Below the pieces are notes generated by a model. The model was not told the DNA's origin and did no database searches. It was given only the letters and a program-made list of their open reading frames with translations. Positions 22,901 to 36,070 of a stretch of 64,000 bases of DNA are shown here, piece after piece. Within the stretch, counting starts at the first letter, position 1. Each line of letters opens with the position of its first letter. The stretch lies in NCBI GenBank assembly GCA_028023455.1, contig JAQFVV010000005.1:14136001-14200000 (forward strand), given 5' to 3'. A program made the position numbers and the translations under genes. This DNA comes from Epiperipatus broadwayi (lineage: Eukaryota; Animalia; Onychophora).

Positions 22901-23877
22901 TCAAAGTAAGATGTTTTTCATACAGTACAGTATTTACTTTTAAAAACTTTTATAACTATAGGTATAGTAAATTTTACTTTAAGTATTATTATTTATACCT
23001 TTTATGTAATATCTTTTCATTGCACTAGTAAAATTGTTTTTTTCTATACTTCTATTTAGTCGTAGATTCGTGCGCCACGATATTTCTAGTCCACTTTTCG
23101 TAATCTGATTTCGTATCTAAATCAGATTTTAACGTATTGTACTGTATTTAAATATAGTACTTTATTAAAGTAAATTTACGGTTCTTAATATAAATTTAAT
23201 GCTAAAATAATTTTTAAGGATTGAATAAATATCTTAAAAATCTATATAATGCATTTACAATTCGAAGTTACATGACAGTTCCAATATTCAAACTAATAGT
23301 TTGATTTGAATGTAAATGCTGTTCATTTCTTAATCCATAATCGTTTACAATTTACATCATATCTAAGTAATTTTAAGTTAAAACAATCGGTAGTCACTTG
23401 CAAATTATATACTTCAATTCTCCAAAGAAAGACGGTACCTTATTCATCAGGTCAGTCTATTGTCGATTGGTGAAGATTTAATTTTTTTTTTTACCTTGTT
23501 TCATTTACAAAACTAAGGATGATTTCTTATCCAATGATAGAATAATTTGATTAGATTGTCAATGAGCTGGCTGCTTGTAAAAATCAATTACAAAACGATA
23601 AAATTATGGACATTGAGTTTGGATTAAAAATGAACGAAAGAGAAGAAAGCTTGGCAATCCATTTGTAAAGAAAATAGTATATTAATAATATATTTTACTT
23701 ATTACTGCCATTAAATTCTTTTTAACAGCACACACCTTTTTTTTCTTTCAAATATATATGACTTATAAAATATAATTTGCTTTTCCACTAAATCCAATTA
23801 AAAAATGTACACTCTGCTTTTTTCTTTCCAAAAAAATATTTTTTCATCAACATATATATATATTTACTTCTTTAAAC

Positions 23878-23920
23878 ATTCAACATTTCGACCAATTTAT
23901 TCCTAGTTATTTTCAAGGAT
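23878..23920 (-). ncRNA. U3:A8 hammerhead motif, family 5 (degenerate)
   Basis: Sense ATCC TTGAAAA T AACTAG-GAATAAA-TTGGTC GAAA TG TT GAAT. Confidence 0.55.
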
Positions 23921-24246
23921 CTACAAAATACATATTTACATTTTACAATTATAAATAAATATAAAAATGCATCTATCCTTATCATTAAAAAACATTTCCC
24001 TTTCATTTATCAATACATCTTTTTTTAAAAAAAAAAAGAGGTGTATATGTAAAAAAATAAAAGTTTGGGGAATAAAGAAGTAAGTAAGTGTAGTGTACAT
24101 ATGATGTAGTATATATAAAAAAGATGTATTGATGAATGAAAGAGAAATATTGTTTTTTACGACAAGGATAGGTGCATTTTTATATTTGTTATTTTATTTG
24201 TAATTATATTGATAATTATAAAGATATAAATATGTATTTTGTTCAT

Positions 24247-24289
24247 AGCCTTGAAAATGACTACAAATTAAGTGGTCGAAATGTTAGAT
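24247..24289 (+). ncRNA. U3:A8 hammerhead motif, family 5
   Basis: AGCC TTGAAAA T GACTAC-AAATTAA-GTGGTC GAAA TG TT AGAT; 6-bp stem II. The two arms give a consensus stem I of ATCC/GGAT. Confidence 0.65.
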
Positions 24290-26251
24290 ATTTAAACAAG
24301 TAAATATGTTCATATGGTGATGAAAAAATAAAGTTTTGGAAAGAAAAAAAGAAGAGTATATATTTTTTTTGCTGGTTTTTAGTTGAAAAGAACATTATAT
24401 ATTAATAATGATCTCACTTAAAAATCACAGAAAGAAGATTTACATTACAACAAGCTCTAATTAATAAGAACTAAGTTTCAATGTAATATTTTGATTCAAA
24501 ATAAATTTAAAAACAATTTTTACAATTTTATGAATGTTAAATAGGAATTTTATGTACAAATCTTACATCCATTGATTCTCTGGATGGCATTATTGTATGG
24601 AGAGTTTTGTCTGTTAATTTTTACACATATAGTGATTTGATGTAGATTATTGTCATGATTTAATAATGGAAAAATTGTTTATCTTTTAAAAGCAAAAGAA
24701 CTAAAACAAGAAAGGAATATTAATGGAAAATTTTCAGACTTATTAGTTGTGAAAATAAGTAATAGTTTTTTCTATTTGATAAATCCAAATAGTAGAATTA
24801 TTTAAAGTAATTTTAGAAAATGCTGAAATAAAATATATTTGGTTATGGAAGAAGTAGAAGAATGAAATATAGTAAAAGACATGTGAATTCTGTCAAAAGT
24901 AGACATTTATCTATCATTTAACAATGAATTAAGATATTCTGTTGATAAAATAGAAAGAATAGGTCAGAAAAAAGATGTAGAGAAATAAAATTTCAAAGAT
25001 TTCTGACTTGCTGCATCATAGAAACTTTAAATATATATATATATAAGATAGAGATTTTAAAAAAAAACCTTTAGATATTCTACTGTGGAACAAAGACCCC
25101 CCTCTCTAACAATCTATTGTAGACACAGTGAAGAAGCTGGCAGTACTTACTAAGCCTGTCAGTTGTTAAATGATGAGCATTTGAGTGATTTTGAGTCCTT
25201 GTTTTATCATCTAGTCATGAATAACTATTTACTCATTAACCGACCAAGTATTACTCTATCTCTTAACTTGAATGTTAACTTTTAACATGTTAAATACAGC
25301 ACTTTGAAGTCTTGTTGAACCTCAATATCTTAATCCACTTTTTTATCTAAAAAAATCTTAGCAAGATATTAAATTATTATAATTCACGTCACTAATTTTA
25401 TTGTTGAAACTAAAATTTGCTAAAAAAAATTTTTCCATTATTTTGTAGTAAAGTATCTGAGTTTTAAAGAGCATCGTTTACTAAACAAAAGTTTGTTTTT
25501 TTGATTGCATTTAAATTGGCACAAAAATAGCGTATTCTCATTATACTATTAATCTAAAAACCAAAATAATTTTTACTTTTGCTTTTAATCTGTTCAAACC
25601 TATATCGCATCTTGATATTTTCTTCATGAAATCTAGAAATTATTCCAAAAACTATTGTCATAAATATGGAAAACAGACTTGGAAACAGAACACATAGAGC
25701 CAAATATTTGATTCCTATCTTCCATCGATACGATATAGGTAATAGCTATGTAGCTCTTAATTAAAATGAATAATTAAATTTTGCATGACCCATTGATAAA
25801 ATAAAAATACATCAAAATAATGTATCAGTATTAGCCCCCTCCCTCCCAATCAGGCATCCTAGATATTGTTTACTATAAGTTGGCGTATGCATCTCATTAC
25901 TAATTTTTGTTTCAGTTGCTTAGATTTTGAACCACCAGTAATGTTTCCTTTCATATCTTTATATACATGAATAAGCATTTGGATCAGATGTCCTATATCA
26001 AACATTGCCAGAAATCTTTTCCACTTTATTCTACAAGTCTGAAATGTCTACTTATTTGCTCAAAATTCTTAAGGCAATTTTTTAATCTTTTATGGCTGTC
26101 AAATTTTATTAATTTTAAAAGATTTAATATTGGAATACACACATTTGAAAGTTAAATTTAAAAAAAAATTACTTTTCAGTAAGTACTTGTAAATTAATAA
26201 ATCAAATTGTTTTGAATTTGCATATTTTTTTCTGAGTTTAAATAGTCTGGA

Positions 26252-26293
26252 CCAATTGATGAGTGCTGGTTCAGCACAAAATGTACATCTTAA
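26252..26293 (+). ncRNA. Degenerate family-3 hammerhead (solo)
   Basis: CCAA TTGATGA GTGCTG-GTT-CAGCAC AAAA TGTACA TC: perfect stem II and palindromic ATGTACAT, but the core is mutated. Confidence 0.6.
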
Positions 26294-26513
26294 GGATCTA
26301 TGATCCTTTTCACAGGTATTTGATCATTTGTTTATGATTACATCCCTTCATAGGATGTTAAATCAAATAAAAACCAATCCTACCTTGCTTGAGAATGGTG
26401 TAATGAAAATTACACTACAGAAATATTATTATTTTTTTTTTTTCTGTATCCTGTTCTGCCTAAGGCATGTGCACATATCGAATGATTATTTTTATTTAAA
26501 TTCATTTTAAATG

Positions 26514-27800
26514 CAGGGCTGGCCCAAAGCAGTAGCGGGCAGCATTTCGATTTTGAATGTGAGTTTCTATCACCATTTATTTCTGATTTTTATTTTTTTA
26601 ATAATATAGATAGTAATACTTAAAAACAGTTTATTTTTAAACCACGATAGTATATTATCTTTTCAAAAGAATCATGTTTAGTTAATTAAATGCTGTGCAA
26701 TGTATTTTTTGTCTGTCAAAAACAAACTTATAAAATATGAGTATATTATCATAAGTTATAATTACTTGATTACATTTCAACTTATTTTAGGAAATAAATA
26801 ATGATAATAATATTGATGAAGTTTCATTATATAATGAAATGAAATCACAATATGCAATAACAACACTTTTGTTGGAATCGTTTTGATAATATGAGATGGA
26901 TTTTCCATGTTACTATAGGACTGTTGCTTCTGTATACAATAGTATAGCCTTAAACTTCAGCAGTGTAGATATGTTTTCAATTATCAATTGTGTTTTATAT
27001 ATATATATTTGTACATTTGAACATCTTCAGCACTAATTACATAATATCTATTATATACTTCTTTGCTGTGTTGATTGTCATGATTATCTTTTATGAATGT
27101 AAGGAAATAATTAAGAATCTTAATTTGAAATTTCCTAGGATTTCTCAAATAATAATAAATTTTTGTGACATAGGGATAAATTTATGGGCAAAAACAAAAG
27201 CAGTGAAAAAATAGAAAAATTTACAGAAATTATTAGGCTCTCTTGCTAATTAACTAGTAAACATAAACAGAAATGGAGAAGATGTAATTCAAGGAAAGGT
27301 AGACCAAGAAACAGAAACAACAAGTACTAGATGTAATGAATTACAATTTAATACTGAAAAATATTCTGAGGAAGAAATTTTGATGGAATGTGAGTTTGAA
27401 GAGAATAAGAAATTAGAGGGTAAAATATTAAATATTGCATCAGATCTAGGAAAACGGCCAGCAATGATTATTGATGAATTATGGACCAGTATATTATTCT
27501 TAAAGAACCCCCTAAAATAGATTCAACATTTCAGTATCCTGTTAATGATTCTCATTGTAGATTTATGCCATCTTGCATATATAAAATATTGAAAATGGAG
27601 AAAAAAATTTCAGATCCTGGGTAATATATTCTGCATTTACTGCTGTAAACCATTTAGTAATTCTAAAATTCTTTTGATATCTCATTTTGATGATTGGCAT
27701 AATTTGCATCAGCATTTCAAAGATCATAAAAACTCATGACATCATTAACAAAGTGATAATGGCAATAGATTTAGAGAAGAATTACTTTAATAATATAATT
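26514..27800 (+). mobile_element. hAT transposon left end plus transposase N-terminus pseudogene (TTF-type zinc finger)
   Basis: CAGGGCTGGCCC terminus at 26514. Disrupted frame ...LLGSL...SDLGKRP...RFMPSC...SWVIYS...C-C-KPF...FDDWHNL...H.NS.H. Right end not found. Confidence 0.7.
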
Positions 27801-30800
27801 TTAAGATTTTGATAACTTCATTAAGTTATAATGGAACCACCTGAACTTTATGATCCATAAAATTCCATTCTGGCACATAACTAATATTAAAATATGGTTT
27901 GCCTTATTATCAGAGAAATATTATTTTTAAATTGGTTTGCTTAATCCCTTTTTATAATCCAATCTAAAATGTCTCATAAAGTTATGAGGTCTCATAATCT
28001 TAACACTTAAATAGTTTGACAAAAATGATTTGAGAGCGATTGATTTTATATTTTAGCAAAATGAAAAACGCATTGATGTCCACATGTGAATGAAGGTTCT
28101 GTGATTTCAAATGTTTAATTTTCAATATTGGCACTGCAATTTAGCACTTTCTAATTTCTTGACCTTTATGAAGATTTACAAGATTTAAAATTTTCTTTGA
28201 GATAACATATTAATGCCATTGCTTCCTATAATAGTGATGTGAGTTTATCTTGAATTTAATTTCTCAGATTCGTCTATTGCAGATTTTTATTTTACATGTT
28301 TGGGGTTGGTAGTTTTTCTTTACTTATTCTATGAACGTTTGGAGATAGATGCATAAATAGATTGTTGGGTGAAGCTTCCAATGCAGTTATTGTATGGAGA
28401 ATCTTCTAGGAACTTATTTACATATTTTTTTTTATGAATCAATAATTTCAAATTCACATTTTTGATAGACAATGGTTCACTTTCATTTCAAGCTTTCTTC
28501 AGCAAGTTTTATTCTAATTTGGAAAAGATTCCATGCTTAAACAACTTCTAATTTCCACAACTTGTTAATGGAAAGAAAGTCCATTTGTATCTCTTTATAT
28601 TACTATCATATATTAAGTAAGTAATTATCAAAATTTGAAATATGCATATAATAACACATAAAAAAACAATTTTATTAAGAAAACCAGGAATCTTTTAATG
28701 AATTAATTTTTTATAGGTGATATAAATCTAAATAAACAAGTGCACAGACACACTAGTTAATGCAATATGTAAGTATTCAAATAAAACTATATATCAATAA
28801 ATTTTCAAATAAATTCATTATTTCTTATATATCTAAGCTTATAGTAGCAATTTATAACTTATTTCTCCCTTTCTTTAACTAATTTTCTGTTATGTCTGCC
28901 TTCATATATAATATTTCTTTCTAAATGAAATTGTGCTACTATTATTAAATGATTATTTCACTATTTATATGTAGAGGTAAAAATATTATTGATATTTTTA
29001 GTAATAGAATATAGGATTATATTTTGCATCAAGCACTTGTTTTGTCCATGGGATGGAGTTATATAACATCTGAATGATTGTTTATTAGAATATTATGCCA
29101 ATTCTTGTAGAGAATACATCTTGTTTAGATAAATCATTCAAGCTCAATCTTTTGAATGATTCAGAATTTTCGACAGAACCTTAGCATTACATTATTTAGG
29201 AATCCTGTGAGAGGGTAATATTCATATATTTTCCAGACCAACTGAGTTTGATTATCCTGAAACATGACATGACATAGTCATTTTTAAACCAAGAAATGAA
29301 CCTAATAGACTCTAAAGAGTTTAATCACAAACTTCATTTGTGATATATACAGACAGTAATATACTGATCAAGTCATGAGAATATTGATTTTTTACAACTG
29401 AAGGAAAACATTGTGTTTAATGGACTTTGGAGACATCATGCATAAATTCATTAGTTAGATGAAGTATAACTGAGGATTTGTCTAAGCATACAATATGCTT
29501 TTAGATGCAACTAGATTGTATTATATAATATCTGAATGATTGTTTATTAGAATATTATGCCAATTCTTGTAGAGAATACTTCTGCATCAGAATTTCCAAT
29601 ATAAAACAGTAGCTTGAAATAATAGTCTGGGCACAGACTTTCTATTTGTGAAGTTCATGCCAGATTATTTTAGAAGATACTGATATGTATTAAAAGCTAA
29701 TCTCTATATTGAGTTGTTCTGCTAGTTTGTGGTTATTCTCATTTCCAATATTTTTTGCTTTCTTTCAGTAAACATTGATTTCTGTCCACAGTTGGTCCCT
29801 GCAGATCTCATTCCTCTATTTTTAGTTAATGTGGTCCTCATCCTACAGATTACCATTCTTAAAATTTTCCAATGATTTGTCAGATTGAAACTCTGATATC
29901 TAGCTCAATGTTTCGCAAACCATTAGTAGTATTCTGAAAGATATAAACAAACACTTCATGATGAATTATGAGAATTAATGTGATTTATATTTTAAGTTTT
30001 TATAAGATTAACTGTTGTCACTAAAATTGATTTTTTTCAAATTTATTTGAAAATATAGTTAATTGTTCTGATATATTTTAAAGGTATTACATTTGTGAAT
30101 ACAACTATAATTTTTATATTTCTTCATTAAATAAACATTTGAGCATCAGTATTTTTTTCCCAAATAAGCAGAAATTAAAATAAATATTTCCATATGAATA
30201 ATGAAGTATTATTTAATGAGAAACTTTCAGTAATTTAACCCATTTTAAATTCAGGTTTAACATTAATGTCTATTTGATAGTGGATTTATGTAAAAAAAAT
30301 ATATATATTACATTGATTTGTATTTTTGTTTGCTTTATGTGATATCACAAATATAGTGTTTTTTATGATAGATGGTTTTGTTATTTTATTATATAGCTGA
30401 AGAATTTGATGTTTATCTTGAGAGTAATGTTAATTTATTTAAACTATTTTAAGTGCAGACAGTAAAGTCTATTATAGCAAAGGCTTCTACAGCTAAAGAT
30501 TTTTTCTCACTAAATTAAATTTATACAACAAATATGTAAAATAAATACTAGAATGATAGAGATCTTTGTCACATAGAAAAATTAATTAATGTTGCGAAAA
30601 TTTTAATTTTCCAAAAACAAGCAAACAAAAATATGAAGATAAATGCCATTTGCTGATATAATGCTTTCATGAGCAAGATATTTCAGAATCTATCCAAAAC
30701 CTGATTATCACTATGAAACATTTTCTAAGAGAGAAAATGAAAATAACATATTTTATTAGCTTATGGTTGTTTTTAATGCAGTTCATTTTAATTTTCACTA

Positions 30801-31705
30801 TGTGGCAGTAAGCACAATTAGACTATAGCTTCTAATAAAAAAAATCATAAGAACAAGCTCTAAATACAACTGTCAATTAACAAAAATATTGTATTGAACA
30901 TTTATTGTTATAAGATGATTATACATATCACAAAATATTTGATAGCAAGAAAGTGTAAATTCACTTTTGCTTTTAGCATCAAGACAAAAATAACAAGCAA
31001 AAAACATTCAAATAATATGGCTAAATCTATGTTTTGTGAATTTTTATTTAAATAAGATTGTTTACATTTTTAAATTATGCCTTTAACAGTTTATTTTAGT
31101 TTTCATTAAAATTAAAATGAACAACAAGTAAATTTATACGTATATTTACATTTATAGAGTTTCATTACATTTCTTCCTATCTTAATAGTTGCTTTGTATA
31201 GATTTTGTATCTAGAACAATTATCCCTAAATAATATATTTTACTTTAAGCTACAATATCCAGATTAAATAACAAACAAGTTTCTGGAACCAATTAATTTA
31301 TTGTAGCAGACCCCATTGTATTTCTTTCAATTTTTATGGGAAATTTATTTTCAATTAGGTAAACATAATATATAATATATTTTGTCAACTCAGACTAATG
31401 ATGATGTTACAATGGTTCATTTTATTTTTTATTTTTTTTTAGGTTACAGGGAATTAGCTCTGGAAAATTAATTTCAAGGCCATGATTATTAAGCAAAAAT
31501 TTTGGCTACATCAATTATTGTAAGTGAGTCTTTTGTACAGAGTAGGTTTCGCTGCTTACTGACTATTTCTAATGTACTTTTAGGATTGAAAGCTGTTGGA
31601 GAAATTTCTTTAGTAATGCGAAAACAAATTTATAATGAATGATTGATTTGTCTACTTATTTCAGTGTTTTTAAAATAAAAAGTTTTCAGAAAAATAATTT
31701 TAATG

Positions 31706-32696
31706 CAGGTTGTTCAATTATATACCCAATGTAAAAGATTGTTTGAAACAATTCAAAGAAATACTGCTAAAAAGCCTTTCCAGTGCAGTTACAAAACTGT
31801 CTAGAAAAAGGATTTTGAAATATATTAAAAGATTCTTACAGAGGGAAAATCTTCACTTGATTGATGACAAAGCTGATTTTTTAAAAATGAATTTTAAAAA
31901 TACATAAAATGTATTATTGTTGAGAAAAAATTTTTAAGGGCAATTGTAAGATTGCCTAAAAAGTTAACTCGGAAGACAAAATTATTCATGTAGATGGAAA
32001 ACTTTAATTGAATTGTGTGTAAAAAGCTACCCAAAATTTACTTTAAAATCTATCACTCATTATGATAATTTTTTGTATGGAGTAGGACTTACGATTTTTT
32101 GATTATTCCTAATGCATTTGTAAAATGGGAAAGCCTTTGGATAACTTTCGTGGAAATAAATTCATAAAAAATGATTTATTTCTTTATTGCAGAGTTTTTA
32201 GAATGAATATAGGACATTTTATTAGAAAGTACATCTTTTCACTGTAACTTGCACGTATACATAGTTTTTATGAAAAATAATTTAAAGTACATGAAGAATA
32301 ATTCTTGCTAGATAAAAGTCTTTCAACATTTATGAGGGTGACTACAACACTGCTAAAAAATAATTTAAAAATATATGAAGGAATTTAGTGGAGAAAAGTA
32401 AACCAAGATTACTTTAAATAATTTCAGTACTTGTAAACAAAGTTATTTTAAAAAAAGTCTACGAAATGAATCATGCCCAACAAACACCTTCCAATTGTTC
32501 TTATTGACTACAAGACTGTTCAAAAAGTAATTGAAAAAGACATGGGAGAATTCACAGTAAACAAAAATCTTTATATATATTTGTGTGATTTCAAGACTGT
32601 TATATAAACTAATTTAAAAATGCATGAAAAAATTCATACAAGAGAAAATTTTTTACACAGTGTGATTTTGAAACTATTAATAAATGTTATTTAAAA
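31706..32696 (+). pseudogene. Decayed C2H2 finger array upstream of ZNF ORF B
   Basis: Paralogous to 3310-4300; frameshifted finger relics. Confidence 0.8.
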
Positions 32697-34073
32697 ATGC
32701 ATGACATAAATCAAAAATCTTTTCAATGCAGCTTTTGTGATTTCAAGACAATTTATAAATATTATTTAAAAATACATGAAACAAATCATTCAGATGAAAA
32801 ACCTTTCCAGTGTAATATATGTGATTTTAAGACTGCTACAAAAAAGTTACTCAAAATACATGATATGAAGCATACTGGAGAAAAACCTTTCAAATGCAGT
32901 TTGTGTAATTATAAAACTAACCAAAAAAGTCTATTAAAAAGACATGAAGTAATACATACAGGAGAAAAACCCTTTCAGTGTAGTTTGTGCAATTATGAGA
33001 CTGGATGGAAAAACCAATTAAAAAATCATGAAAGAATTCATACAGGAGAAAAGCCTTTCCAGTGCCCCTGGTGCAGTTACAGAACATCTTCAAAAGACAC
33101 ATTAAAAAGACACAAAAGAACTCATACCGGAGAAAAACCGTTTCAGTGTGGCTGGTGCACATATAAGACATCTTTAAAAGAAACATTAATGAGACATGAA
33201 AGGACACACACTGGAGAAAAACCTTTTCAGTGCTCCTGGTGCAATTATAGGACATCTGTAAAGCAAAGGTTAAAAACTCATGAAAGAAATCACACTGGGG
33301 AAAAAACTTTTCAGTGTACATTTTGCAGTTATAATACAGCTACAAAAGTTAATTTTAAAATACATGAAAGTCATCATACTGGAGTAAAACCTTTCAAATG
33401 TCCTATGTGTGATTATATGACAGCTGATAAATACTATTTAAAAATACATGAAAGGAATCATACTTTAAGAAAATATTACCAATGTAGTTTTTGCAATTAT
33501 AAGAATGCTGAAGAAAGCTGTTTAAAAGCACACGAAAGGCTTCATACTGGTGAAAAAGTTTTCATCTGCAACTTATGTGATTATAATGCACCTGCGAAAA
33601 AATATTTAACATTACATAAAAGAATTCATAGTGAAAAAAAGTATTTTCATTGCAAACTCTGTAATTACAAAACTACAATAAAAAGTCTTTTAAAAATTCA
33701 TGAAGTAGGTCATACTAGCACAAACACTTTTATATGCAGCTTCTGCAATTATAGCACTGCTTCACAATATCTTTTTCAAAGACATGAAAAAAATCATATG
33801 AGGAAAAATATAATCCTTTGCAAATTATGTGATTTCAAAACTATGTCTGAAGATAATCTGACAGAACATATAAATAATATCCATATGACTCATTTATTGC
33901 AATCAGATTTTAATAAAGTAAAAAAATCCACCAAAATTTATCGGAAGAATACTGAAATGCTTAAATGTTGTTTATGTGATTATAAAGTTTCCAAGAGAAG
34001 TGTTTTGAACTACCATGAAGCAAGTCATTTTACTGACCAAGATACCATTGAGATTCTTATACAGTTCTGTTAA
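32697..34073 (+). CDS. Tandem C2H2 zinc-finger protein, paralogue B (~15 fingers)
   Basis: 458-aa ORF with two more intact N-terminal fingers than A and the same C-terminus DQDTIEILIQFC. Confidence 0.9.
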   Translation: MHDINQKSFQCSFCDFKTIYKYYLKIHETNHSDEKPFQCNICDFKTATKKLLKIHDMKHTGEKPFKCSLCNYKTNQKSLLKRHEVIHTGEKPFQCSLCNYETGWKNQLKNHERIHTGEKPFQCPWCSYRTSSKDTLKRHKRTHTGEKPFQCGWCTYKTSLKETLMRHERTHTGEKPFQCSWCNYRTSVKQRLKTHERNHTGEKTFQCTFCSYNTATKVNFKIHESHHTGVKPFKCPMCDYMTADKYYLKIHERNHTLRKYYQCSFCNYKNAEESCLKAHERLHTGEKVFICNLCDYNAPAKKYLTLHKRIHSEKKYFHCKLCNYKTTIKSLLKIHEVGHTSTNTFICSFCNYSTASQYLFQRHEKNHMRKNIILCKLCDFKTMSEDNLTEHINNIHMTHLLQSDFNKVKKSTKIYRKNTEMLKCCLCDYKVSKRSVLNYHEASHFTDQDTIEILIQFC

Positions 34074-35469
34074 TTTTTAAAATATTCAAAATCTAGTTAA
34101 TAAAAGTTAGATTTTAATTTAATTGCATTTTGAACGTGATCTTAAAAACAACTTGAATATCAAAACTGTAAATGACTAGCATTGCTTTGCATTTGTTAGA
34201 CAAAAAAGAGAAATGTATAAGGCAATGAAAATTTTTATTTGAAATCCCAGAAAATAATTTTAAACAAAATTAAATGAAACTGATAAGTTAAGGATCCATT
34301 AATCATGATTCTGAAGATAATAAATAGCAACAAAATTACAATTTCTATGTATAAAAAAATTATGTATTTTTTTATTATTTTGTTTTAAAAATAAATAATA
34401 CTGTTTATTAAAATGAATACATCATTACATTCATTCATTTAATATAGATGAAAATATATTTATACAACTTAGTAACACTTTTATGTACGAGAAATTCTAT
34501 ATATTTACATGCAATTTTAAATGTAATGTAAGATATATAATTACAATAATAACAATTAATTAAATTTAAAAAATTTATTAATTACATAATAAAAATATTG
34601 TTTATATAACATTAGATATTCATCTATATATTTTTATATACTATTTTTTTTTTCCTCTTTAATATATTTTTTAATTTGTTTATTTGTCTATAAAGTTGCA
34701 AGCTTCTTAATTCAATATGTAAATTAAATAATTTACAATGTTTTGAAACCATGCATTTATCTGTTTTCTTTTAGACACATTTCAAATTGTTTTATGTAAA
34801 GTTTTTTGAAAGTACTATCAGAAATTTTTTTTTTCTACAGTTGTATAATTAAGGTGATTGAATAATAAATTATTATTTTTGTATCCATTTTTTTCTTTTT
34901 AAATGCTTTTATTGCAGTTGAAATTTATGTTTGTTTGTTTATGTGTTAGCTTGTTAGAGGGCAGTATAAAGATTTTTTAAAATTGATGTTCAACATAATT
35001 TGTTGAAATTTTATACAGTTGTGTAAAATGTCTATAAAAATGATAGGACACATTAATTTTTTAAGTAGATGACCTATTTCTTAGAGTTATAAAAAGTATA
35101 GATTAACTTACTGGAGAAATTTCTAGTAATATATATACACTGTATGTGTGAAATTGATGTAAAGTAAAATTATATGTATTAAATATAGTTCATTTACAAT
35201 ATAAGTTTTCACAAGCATTTTTTCAAAAAATATAAAATTTCCAAAATAAAAATGTTAAATACTTTTAACTTAAAAGTATATTTTACATTTTTTTTTTTAA
35301 TCACTTATATACACATATATTATTATCATTAAAAACCAGTCAACACTTAGAGAATATCAATAACAATCAACAATTTTCAAACTGTTGTCAAGGCAACCTT
35401 TTAACAATAAGAGTGGAATCCCATCCTTATTATGTTGACATACAAAATATGTAATATTTAAATATTAGT

Positions 35470-36070
35470 ATTGTATATATACTTAAGCTAGATGTAATTA
35501 GAGAGGATTTGAACTCAGATATTCAAGCTCCCTACAGTTATCCACTCCATCTTATATAATTGATACACATGACCACATACGTGTGAAAAGGATAAATGAT
35601 CTCCAATATACATATTTCATGCTGAAACATCAGTTGGTCTGGATAACCATCTCCCATACATATACAATAAGGTTTCAGTTTATATTAAGATAGCAAATCT
35701 TCAAACTTTAATGGACAGGCTTCAGTCTTCTCCACTCTTCAGTCATCTATATCATTGAGAATCTGCTGATGGTTGGTTCAAAACTCTTGTTTTCCAATTT
35801 TGTTGTCATATCCATGCTGACTGTAAGCCAGTCTGACTCTTAATATGTAGGACCTTGAGTCCATTTAAATACACAGAAGAGGAATGAGCAGAATACAGGC
35901 TGAATCACCTGATGAGTTCTGATTCAGCATGAAATACGTATATTGGAGATCATTTATCTTTTTTACATGTATGTGGTCATGTGTATCGATTGTATAAAAT
36001 GGAGTGTATGACTAAAAAAGCTTGAAGGTTTGGGTTCAAATCCTTTCTAATTGCATACTAAATATAATAA
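35470..36070. mobile_element. Family-3 HHR element in copy B, one 460-bp unit shorter
   Basis: Plus-strand core CTGATGA...GAAATACGTATATTGG at 35909-35946. The minus-strand core at 35603-35637 has a deletion. Confidence 0.8.

Larger units (their letters stand above)
23690..24397. mobile_element. Fold-back HHR element family 5 (PLE 3'-end type, no intact ORF)
   Basis: Arms ~23760-24025 and ~24115-24397 are reverse complements. Candidate TSD TATATTAATAAT at 23678-23689 and 24398-24409. Confidence 0.75.

Noticed and set aside
23420-23452. Minus-strand CTGATGA near 23445 (also plus-strand CTGATGA at 15394 and 9300)
   Set aside because: No downstream stem II plus GAAA; chance heptamers.
23554-23667. 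Possible plus-strand exon IVNELAACKNQLQNDKIMDIEFGLKMNEREESLAIH (also the open frame at ~45080-45240)
   Set aside because: Short, weak splice sites and no recognisable homology; not supportable without RNA data.
26389-26430. TTGAGAA followed by an 8-bp GAAA-capped hairpin
   Set aside because: The second GAAA is displaced by 3 nt and stems I and III are absent.
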